In this document: positions 54,212-61,258 of the stretch, one piece after another
Layout of the letters: each line of letters opens with the position of its first letter
Numbering within the stretch: the stretch's first letter is position 1
DNA from: an uncultured Alphaproteobacteria bacterium
GTDB lineage: Bacteria > Pseudomonadota > Alphaproteobacteria > Rs-D84
Assembly (NCBI GenBank): GCA_937888635.1
Contig: CALARG010000021.1
Span: 1-61,258, forward strand
Direction: 5' to 3'
Length of the DNA stretch: 61,258 nucleotides
Notes under the pieces: model-generated
What the model saw: the letters and a program-made list of their open reading frames with translations, nothing else
The model's database searches: none
What the model was told of the DNA's origin: nothing
Translations under genes and position numbers: made by a program

Positions 54212-54970
54212 TTATTTACTAAGGATTTTTTCCAGCCGCGCGCGCAACTTTTTTATATCGTCATATTTTGCAAATTTACCCTTTTCTGCGATTGAAATAT
54301 CACCACTTTCTTCTGACACAATCAATACAGTCGCACCGGACACCTCGCTAATCCCCAGGGCCGCGCGATGTCGCGTTCCATATTTCCAATTCAGATTATT
54401 CTGCGACAATGGCAAAATTGCCCCTGCATACGCAATGCGACCATTTTTAATAATAACCGCCCCATCATGCAACGGTGTTTTGTTAAAGAATATTGTCAGC
54501 AACAATTCACTGCTGATTTTTGCATCAATTGCAATCCCTTTCTTTTCAATCGCACTTTCATCCAAAGAACTGGGGAAAACAATCAATGCCCCCGTATGCT
54601 TTTGCGACATATATTCAACCGCCGACACGATTGCGTCCAAGCCCTTGGTATTTTTTGTTGTCACGCCACCCCGTCTAAAGATACGACGCCACTGTTCAAC
54701 ATTTCCCATCAGCGCCATAAACTTGCGCAATTCCGGCTGAAAAACAACAATCAAACTTAACGACAGGAACAACGCCGTCCAATGCAAGAATGTTGCTAAT
54801 AAATCTAAATGCGCCCAAGACAACACAAAACTAAGCACCCACAGCGCCGCCAACCCCAACAATCCACGCACCAATTTTTCCGACTGGGTATTTTGAATAA
54901 AACTGCGATAAAAGACCCACATCAAACCAACAATAATCACAATTTGAATTAAATCAACCCAGCCAAACAT
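54212..54970 (-). CDS. cdaA: Diadenylate cyclase CdaA (membrane-anchored DAC domain)
   Basis: Three N-terminal TM helices. DAC motifs TPLHDGAVII and GTRHRAALG. Confidence 0.88.
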   Translation of the reverse strand: MFGWVDLIQIVIIVGLMWVFYRSFIQNTQSEKLVRGLLGLAALWVLSFVLSWAHLDLLATFLHWTALFLSLSLIVVFQPELRKFMALMGNVEQWRRIFRRGGVTTKNTKGLDAIVSAVEYMSQKHTGALIVFPSSLDESAIEKKGIAIDAKISSELLLTIFFNKTPLHDGAVIIKNGRIAYAGAILPLSQNNLNWKYGTRHRAALGISEVSGATVLIVSEESGDISIAEKGKFAKYDDIKKLRARLEKILSK

Positions 54971-54988
54971 TTACACTTCCCCTTTTTT

Positions 54989-57049
54989 TTATAAAATTGT
55001 ATCAATCAGTTCACCAATTGGCATCGCCATCCATTCTGGATCATCGCGTCGCAATGGCGCGCCGCGTTCCATTGCGGTTTCACACGGATTGCTGTCCGCC
55101 AACCAATTTTCTAATAAATCCCCTGCGACCAGGCCAATTCCCGCACCCGCAACCAAACTGATACCACCTGTAAATGGCGCCAACAATAACCCCAAACCTG
55201 TTGCAGACGCAACCTTGCCCGCCATGGCGGCACCACTAATTTTCACATCAGGCTGGGCCAAACTGCCAGTTAAACTGACCGAATTTACAACATTACCGGT
55301 CAAAGACAATTTCAGTCCACGCACCGGCACCGTTGTCAATGCCAATTTCATTTCTTCATCACCCAAATTCAAGCCCCCAACCAATCGCAAATTTATGGCA
55401 TTTGTTTCAACTGCAAAACCATTTTGTGTTTCAAACATACCGTCACGCAAATTTACATTCAACGCAACACACGATATCTTTATCTGATTGTATTTCTTTT
55501 CTGAACTGAACAGGTCTTGAATCCCGTGTCGCAGCGATGTCAGAAAATCAGTTCCATACATATACGCCACCAACGCAGAATGTGCATACCCCGCCCCACT
55601 GGACCAAACACGCACAGGCCCGGTAATTGTCTGCATAACCTGTGATAAATTTTTACCATTTGCCTGAACATAAAACTCTAAATCCATTGGCAAATCAGAC
55701 AAGAAATCATTTTTATCAATTTCACTTAAAATTTCCCCAACAGACACTTTTTCACCACGCGCTGCCGCACGCAACCAAACATGTCCGTTATCTTCTATAT
55801 CGCCATCTATGCCAATTTGAATATCGCCATCCGCAATACCTGTTTTAATATCAATGCGCGCATGATTATCAATAACATTCATATCCAATTTCAGATTTTT
55901 TAAATCCAATTCGCGATACATCACCAAACGCCCGATATTAAGATTCAAATCCACCTGTCTATCAATAAATTCATCTGCGAATAATGGAATACCTTTAAAC
56001 ACATTTAATTTTTTCTTGCCCCGCACGCGCGCCCTGCCATACATTTCTGGGAACAACTGCGGCAAATTCACCACCGGCGAATCAACATTTAATTTCACCA
56101 CCATATTTTTTTTACCCCAATCCAACTCGCCCGACACAGAAAAGTCCGTATCACGCACCCAGACCGAAGATTTACGCAACACAACTTTTTTTCTGTCCAG
56201 CCCACCTGCAACATTCAAACGCACCGCCGGCACACCTGACAAATCCCAATTAAATATACGTCCAAATTTTTGCGCATCTGGGACATCACCCTTTATCTTA
56301 AAATCTATTGGCAACTTGCTGGTCCCTTCCAGCGCAACATTTGCAATTAATGCCTCGCCCCCCGTTGACAACGCAATTTGCATCGGATAAATTTTTCGCG
56401 CCGCATTATATTCTGAAAAAGACACAATAAACGGCAAAACATCATCCCCAGATTTTATCCACCCCGAATATTCACGCGCATCTTTATGCGGCATTAAACG
56501 AATATTAAATCCCGCCAATTTATACACATCACCCAAGAAATTAAGGTTTAATTTTTTCACCTCAACCCCGCCCAACCCTGCATCTTTGAACGGGTATTTT
56601 TCCTGAACCTGGGCAACATTTTCATCAGATTTTTTTTCTTTTACTATTTTTTCCAGCGAATATTTACCATCACTGTTTTTTTCAATATTTATATCTGCAT
56701 CATACACACGCACATTCTGAATTGTCGGTCTGTCGCGCAACAAAGACACCAGATTTAAACGCACATCAATTTTTTCTGCACTGAACGCGTACTTACTTTT
56801 TGCCCATGTGGCATTTGGTATACGCACCAGATTTAACTCAACCCGCGGTCGCAATGAAAACTTCCACGACACCGCACCATCAATTTGAACCGGCATACCT
56901 GTTGCATCCCGCAACACAGAAACCAAATTTCCACGCAAAGTCTCCAAATTTACCTGACTTAACGCCACCACAATCGCCACAACCAGCCCGACAAGAAACA
57001 GTCCGGCAATTCGCAACATTGACACAAAGATATTTTTCCTAACTCTCAT
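54989..57049 (-). CDS. AsmA-family outer-membrane biogenesis protein
   Basis: N-terminal TM anchor, a long beta-rich periplasmic domain and an AsmA-like C-terminal region. Its start overlaps the upstream stop (TAATG). Confidence 0.8.
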   Translation of the reverse strand: MRVRKNIFVSMLRIAGLFLVGLVVAIVVALSQVNLETLRGNLVSVLRDATGMPVQIDGAVSWKFSLRPRVELNLVRIPNATWAKSKYAFSAEKIDVRLNLVSLLRDRPTIQNVRVYDADINIEKNSDGKYSLEKIVKEKKSDENVAQVQEKYPFKDAGLGGVEVKKLNLNFLGDVYKLAGFNIRLMPHKDAREYSGWIKSGDDVLPFIVSFSEYNAARKIYPMQIALSTGGEALIANVALEGTSKLPIDFKIKGDVPDAQKFGRIFNWDLSGVPAVRLNVAGGLDRKKVVLRKSSVWVRDTDFSVSGELDWGKKNMVVKLNVDSPVVNLPQLFPEMYGRARVRGKKKLNVFKGIPLFADEFIDRQVDLNLNIGRLVMYRELDLKNLKLDMNVIDNHARIDIKTGIADGDIQIGIDGDIEDNGHVWLRAAARGEKVSVGEILSEIDKNDFLSDLPMDLEFYVQANGKNLSQVMQTITGPVRVWSSGAGYAHSALVAYMYGTDFLTSLRHGIQDLFSSEKKYNQIKISCVALNVNLRDGMFETQNGFAVETNAINLRLVGGLNLGDEEMKLALTTVPVRGLKLSLTGNVVNSVSLTGSLAQPDVKISGAAMAGKVASATGLGLLLAPFTGGISLVAGAGIGLVAGDLLENWLADSNPCETAMERGAPLRRDDPEWMAMPIGELIDTIL

Positions 57050-58020
57050 TATGGCAATTTAAGTTCTAAAAATTTCATTACCGACAACATAAAGTCCGGC
57101 ACCGTTGCACGCAAGGTAATCATACGCCCTGTTGTTGGGTGCTGAAATGTTAACTTATACGCAAACAAAAACAAGTTGTTTGTTTTCAACAATGTGCCCA
57201 ACGCACCGTCCACATCTTGTCGTCCACCATACAATGCATCACCAACAATCGGCGCATTCAGCGATAATGCACTGTGCAGTCGCAACTGATGCGTACGCCC
57301 TGTCTTTGGCGAAAACCGCACCCATGACACACAGCCTGCGGCCCCGCCCAATACAGAATATTCTGTTATCGCACGCTGTGGCCGCGGCCCCGTACCATTA
57401 TTTAAACGCGCTGGACTGTCAAAAACCTGACCTTTTAACATAAAGTTATCAATCACACCATGCTTTGGATTAACATCACCACACAGCAAGGCCAAATATT
57501 CCTTGTGTGCATTTTTCGTTTGAAATTGCGTGGCCAAACTTTGCGCGGCGCGTTGCGTTTTCGCAACAACTAATAAACCACTGGTCTCTCTATCCAGGCG
57601 ATGAACCAACGCAATCTTATCGTACGGAAACAGTGCCGCCGCCATTTTATCCACAGATTTACGAATTCCTGTCCCACCTTGGACCGCCAAACCGGCCGGC
57701 TTGTTAAACACAACAACATCCGGGTCATTATGCACAATACATTTACGCAACCCTTCTAAATCTTCCAACGAAAAATGTTCACCACTTTCCGTTTTCTTTG
57801 GGCGCGCCTGGGCATATCCTGATATAGTTGGTGGCACACGCACCGCATCACCTGTACGCAGTATTTCCTGGCCACGAACCCGTTTTGAATTTACGCGTAT
57901 TTGACCACCACGACACAGTTTGTAAAATTCACGCTGTGGCATTGATGGAAAATGTCGCAAGAACCAACGCAACAATCGCGTTCCGTCTTCTACCTTGGAA
58001 ACCTCAATAAAATCTGCCAT
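57049..58020 (-). CDS. RluA-family 23S rRNA pseudouridine synthase (RluC/RluD-like)
   Basis: S4 domain followed by the catalytic HRLDRETSGLLVVAK. Start trimmed to MADFIEV. Confidence 0.85.
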   Translation of the reverse strand: MADFIEVSKVEDGTRLLRWFLRHFPSMPQREFYKLCRGGQIRVNSKRVRGQEILRTGDAVRVPPTISGYAQARPKKTESGEHFSLEDLEGLRKCIVHNDPDVVVFNKPAGLAVQGGTGIRKSVDKMAAALFPYDKIALVHRLDRETSGLLVVAKTQRAAQSLATQFQTKNAHKEYLALLCGDVNPKHGVIDNFMLKGQVFDSPARLNNGTGPRPQRAITEYSVLGGAAGCVSWVRFSPKTGRTHQLRLHSALSLNAPIVGDALYGGRQDVDGALGTLLKTNNLFLFAYKLTFQHPTTGRMITLRATVPDFMLSVMKFLELKLP

Positions 58021-58047
58021 ACCTACCCCACTTGGCACAGAATAAAA

Positions 58048-58512
58048 TTATTCACCAAAAACGATTTGAACGCTGTTCGTTCCGTTTGTACCCTTGCAAT
58101 CACCTGTTGCACCACCTTGCTTGCCATCAGACAACTGATACCCAACAGAATCAGACCATGCCTTGGCGACCAGCGATTCGCATTCAGATTGCCCCAAACC
58201 ATTAATTGTCACAATAAACTGACGGGGATTAGATGGGTCAACCGCCAATTCATACTTACCCCCATATGGGTTCTGATTACTCATACCAATTGCACCAAAA
58301 ATAGTCGTCCCATTCATATTTGAAAAATCATCGTATTCGCCGTGAATATTGCGCACCATAGTCACCATTTGCACAACCTGATCATTTACACTGGTCAATT
58401 TTTGTGTACGCATTGCAGTTGCAATCATACCAATCGCACCGACGGTGATAACCCCCATAATTGCCAGCACCCCCAGCATTTCAATCATTGAACGACCTGA
58501 TTCTTGATTCAT
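58048..58512 (-). CDS. Type IV pilin-like protein (prepilin leader)
   Basis: MNQESG|RSMIEMLGVLAIMGVITVG: Gly(-1), Glu(+5), a hydrophobic alpha1 helix, and a C-terminal Cys pair (SEC...GDC). Confidence 0.7.
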   Translation of the reverse strand: MNQESGRSMIEMLGVLAIMGVITVGAIGMIATAMRTQKLTSVNDQVVQMVTMVRNIHGEYDDFSNMNGTTIFGAIGMSNQNPYGGKYELAVDPSNPRQFIVTINGLGQSECESLVAKAWSDSVGYQLSDGKQGGATGDCKGTNGTNSVQIVFGE

Positions 58513-58563
58513 TGAAAAACCTCTTATTTGCTATTTACTAATTAATATTCTATCATAAAGATT

Positions 58564-59991
58564 ATGAATATTCAATTTTCTGATTTAATAGAAAACGCAC
58601 CACACGCCCCCGGCGTGTATCGCATGTACGACAGTGAAAACAACCTGTTATATGTAGGCAAGGCAAAAAATCTGTCCAATCGTCTGAAACAATACCTGGA
58701 CATTACCAAACTGGAACCGCATAAACAGGTTATGCGCACATTGGTCACGCGTGTTGAATGGGAAATTGTTCCAACCGAATCAGACGCGCTTATCCGCGAA
58801 CAAGAACTAATAAAAACACAGCGACCGAAATACAACATTATGCTGACCGACGGCAAAATGTATCCAATGCTGGCCCTGACATCTGGGCCATTTCCCCGCC
58901 TGTTAAAATTTCGCGGTCGCATAAACCAGCGTCGCGATGTATACGGCCCCTACCCTTCTGTTTCCAGTCTGAACGAAACAATTAAAACCATACAAAAGGT
59001 CTGCCAGATTCGCACCTGTACAGACACACAAATGCGCAACAGAACGCGTCCATGCCTGTTGCACCAAATCGGCCGATGCAGCGCACCATGTTGCAATCCT
59101 GACAAACAAAAATACGCAGATTCCGTGCGTATAGCGCGCAAAATCTTAACCGGTGACAGCGCGCCTGTAATATCAGACCTGACCCAGCAAATGAAGACAT
59201 TCGCACAAAATATGGACTATGAATCCGCCGCAATAATTCGCGATAAAATTTCTGCAATCACACACACTTCAAATCGCGGAAACGCCAAAAAGCATGCGTA
59301 TACACCGAATTTAAACTGGGACAAAAATGTGTCTGAATTGGAAAAATGGTTGAACATAAAAATAAACCTGGCTGGTGTATTTGATAATTCACACCTGTTT
59401 GGCAAACAACCTGTTGGCGCAATGATAACATTTGGACATGACGGTTTTGAAAAATCCGGATACAGACATTTTAAATTGCACGACAAATCACGCGCCGGCA
59501 ACGATATTGCAATGATGTCAGAATTTGTAAAACGTGCAACCGAACGCGGTCCAAAACTGGATTTGATAATTGTTGACGGTGGCATGGCGCAATGGAATAT
59601 CGCCAAACGCGCCGCCGGCAACATACCCGTCTTTGGTGTCACCAAGGGGGCCGTCCGCGATGGCGACGAACACTTTATTCTGCCAGACGGCACAATTTAT
59701 CACGACCTGCCCAAGGATTCGGCATTATTTTTAATGCTGCGCACCGTCCGTGACGAAGCGCACCGCTTTGTAATCACATACCACCGCACACTGCGCGCAA
59801 AACAAATGACCGCATCTGTCCTGGATGAAATAGATGGTATTGGCCACGCACGCAAACGCGCCCTGTTGCAACATTTTGGCACACCGCGCGCAATAATTGA
59901 TGCCGACCTGAACGCATTAAAGCATGTCCCCGGCCTTGGGGATAATATCGCAGAAAAAATATATGCCCATTTCCATTCAGAAGTGATATAA
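58564..59991 (+). CDS. uvrC: Excinuclease ABC subunit C (unusually short, 475 aa)
   Basis: GIY-YIG (GVYRMYDSENNLLYVGKAKNL), a Cys cluster, UVR domain (YESAAIIRDKISAI), endonuclease domain and C-terminal (HhH)2 (IDGIGHARKRALLQHFG). Confidence 0.88.
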   Translation: MNIQFSDLIENAPHAPGVYRMYDSENNLLYVGKAKNLSNRLKQYLDITKLEPHKQVMRTLVTRVEWEIVPTESDALIREQELIKTQRPKYNIMLTDGKMYPMLALTSGPFPRLLKFRGRINQRRDVYGPYPSVSSLNETIKTIQKVCQIRTCTDTQMRNRTRPCLLHQIGRCSAPCCNPDKQKYADSVRIARKILTGDSAPVISDLTQQMKTFAQNMDYESAAIIRDKISAITHTSNRGNAKKHAYTPNLNWDKNVSELEKWLNIKINLAGVFDNSHLFGKQPVGAMITFGHDGFEKSGYRHFKLHDKSRAGNDIAMMSEFVKRATERGPKLDLIIVDGGMAQWNIAKRAAGNIPVFGVTKGAVRDGDEHFILPDGTIYHDLPKDSALFLMLRTVRDEAHRFVITYHRTLRAKQMTASVLDEIDGIGHARKRALLQHFGTPRAIIDADLNALKHVPGLGDNIAEKIYAHFHSEVI

Positions 59992-60034
59992 TATAAGCAA
60001 TTCATATACAATATACAACCTAAGGAGAAAGCAT

Positions 60035-60634
60035 ATGAAGTTCTTTGTAAATTTCTTGTCTGCATTTCGGATTGCTGCATCATTTGCAATAATTCCGACA
60101 TTAATGTTCCAAATGTATTGGACAACATTTATCCTGTACACATTGGCGGCAATGTCAGACTGGTTTGACGGCTACCTGGCACGCAAATACAATGTTTGCA
60201 CAAAAATCGGTGGTGTAATGGATCACATTGGTGACAAACTATTGGTTGTTAACACATTAATTATGTTAACTGTTATGATGCCGGTATGGTTTGTTGTGGT
60301 TCCAGTTATCATAATGATTGCACGCGAACTGTATATTTCTGGCCTGCGTGAATTTCTGGGCACACAAAAGATTGAAATGCCTGTCCCTAAGGCACGCTTT
60401 TCCATGGGCAAAATTAAAACGACATTGCAAATGATTTCAATTGCGGCATTTTTATTAATCTTTGCCATCGGCACATTAATCAAGCCCGACACCGACAGCC
60501 GTATATTAATGTACATGATTTACGCATTACCACAAATTGGCATTTATGGTCTGTGGCTGTCACTGGTTGCATCTTTATGGTCCGCAACCCAATACACCAA
60601 GACATTCCTGGGACACATGAAAAAGATTAAATAA
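60035..60634 (+). CDS. pgsA: CDP-diacylglycerol--glycerol-3-phosphate 3-phosphatidyltransferase
   Basis: CDP-alcohol phosphatidyltransferase motif DWFDGYLARKYNVCTKIGGVMDHIGDK. Follows uvrC as in many proteobacteria. Confidence 0.9.
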   Translation: MKFFVNFLSAFRIAASFAIIPTLMFQMYWTTFILYTLAAMSDWFDGYLARKYNVCTKIGGVMDHIGDKLLVVNTLIMLTVMMPVWFVVVPVIIMIARELYISGLREFLGTQKIEMPVPKARFSMGKIKTTLQMISIAAFLLIFAIGTLIKPDTDSRILMYMIYALPQIGIYGLWLSLVASLWSATQYTKTFLGHMKKIK

Positions 60635-60649
60635 AAACCACATATAAAA

Positions 60650-60677
60650 CAAATCCCCCACCTGGGGGATTTTTAAT
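60650..60677 (+). terminator. Rho-independent terminator after pgsA
   Basis: ATCCCC-CACCTG-GGGGAT followed by TTTTT. Confidence 0.7.
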
Positions 60678-60789
60678 ATCATTCAACCAAATGCCACACC
60701 ATTCACAGAGAAAATATTTTTTATTGAAAAAGAATTAGAATGATTCAAATAAAAATAAACAGACATTCTCAAAACGTCACCTCCACACA

Positions 60790-61023
60790 GCATAACAAAC
60801 GCTACACGTGCCCCCCCTGCAGCGGGGTAAAATTAAAGATAATGGTATAGATATGGACAGTGCCGTCCCCGTAGTGTACAAACCGCTATATGAGATTCCA
60901 CCCCACCCCTTGCAACGGGATAAAATTAAAGATAATGGCGTAGATAAAGTGAATGGGGGAATCGTAGTGTACAAACGCTACATGAGATTCCCCCATTCGC
61001 TTTAGATATGCCATTAGATTTAA
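60790..61023. repeat. Tandem (~93-bp period) array of the hairpin-repeat family
   Basis: Partial core at 60791-60808 and full cores at 60871-60893 and 60964-60985. Second unit has a 13-bp outer stem GAATGGGGGAATC (60951-60963) / GATTCCCCCATTC (60986-60998). 18-mer AGATATGCCATTAGATTT at 61004-61021. Confidence 0.65.
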
Positions 61024-61025
61024 TT

Positions 61026-61258
61026 TTAGTTCAGCGGGGCACCCCAATGCTGCTGAATACTGCGTTCCATATCCATTGGGCTAATCAGAACCTGAGGAGT
61101 TAAGATAACAACCAAGACTTCACGACTGGCCGATGTCTCGCGCGAACCGGACAATGCCATAAAGTCTGGGTCCCCCAGGCCATAACGCGTATCCGAACCT
61201 TTCTGTTTTTCAAAGCCTGATACAACCAACATCTGACCCGATTCCATAATAACTTCTT
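61026..61258 (-). CDS. C-terminal end of a secretin-family protein (partial, N-terminus beyond window end)
   Basis: The frame is open to the window edge. ...ESGQMLVVSGFE...YGLGDPDFMALSG...REVLVVILTPQVL matches the secretin C-terminal pattern (dG.t.vigGl ... P.LGDiP.LG ... ELli.iTP.i). Confidence 0.45.
   Translation of the reverse strand, partial: EVIMESGQMLVVSGFEKQKGSDTRYGLGDPDFMALSGSRETSASREVLVVILTPQVLISPMDMERSIQQHWGAPLN

Noticed and set aside
60777-61005. Possible CRISPR array, or small repeat-protein genes, in the 60.8-61.0 kb repeats.
   Set aside because: There are only two and a half units. The repeats are longer than the variable parts, there is no regular repeat-spacer periodicity, and no cas genes are present. 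The ORFs on both strands simply translate the repeat.

Overview
This 61,258-bp chromosomal window comes from a moderately AT-rich Gram-negative genome. Gene order (rpsL-rpsG-fusA; acpP-fabF-mltG; ftsE-ftsX-ydcF-plsC; uvrC-pgsA; rpsT near dnaA; tolB; asmA) and GANTC-containing palindromes in promoters suggest a streamlined alphaproteobacterium-like organism. That is inference from synteny, not a database hit. About 58 protein-coding genes are supported. Roughly half are housekeeping: fusA, rpsG, rpsL, fabF, acpP, lepA, rbfA, ftsEX, plsC, tolB, dnaJ, parE, dnaA, dprA, plsY, rpsT, fba, trxB, serS, typA, dnaN, cdaA, uvrC, pgsA. I recognised no rRNA, tRNA or CRISPR array. The standout is a ~10.5-kb same-strand locus (13003-23521). 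It holds a small beta-barrel OMP gene followed by seven tandem genes for signal-peptide-bearing, Ala/Thr-rich fibre-like proteins built from phage-tail-fibre-type modules. Six share an N-terminal S-x-x-Y-V-D start and all seven share a ~25-aa C-terminal cap. The genes contain mosaic internal repeats, and three have promoters with a CGAWTCG (GANTC) palindrome in the spacer. I do not recognise this locus architecture as a described system. Other accessory content: (1) large Cys-rich secreted proteins, one with EGF-like signatures; (2) a catalytically degenerate integrase-like gene and a serine-less ACP paralogue interrupting the fatty-acid cluster; (3) a GIY-YIG gene bracketed by inverted REP-like units; (4) two MITE-like elements; (5) a hairpin repeat family with a conserved core inside variable, complementarity-preserving stems; (6) a BrnA-like/DinD-like pair; (7) three tandem small paralogues; (8) a periplasmic nuclease translationally coupled to tolB; (9) an orphan type IV pilin and a secretin C-terminus at the window edge. 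Many GC-hairpin/T-tract terminators are visible. All coordinates were read by hand from the sequence. Start codons were trimmed from the ORF track where a signal peptide, SD or family N-terminus indicated a later start.
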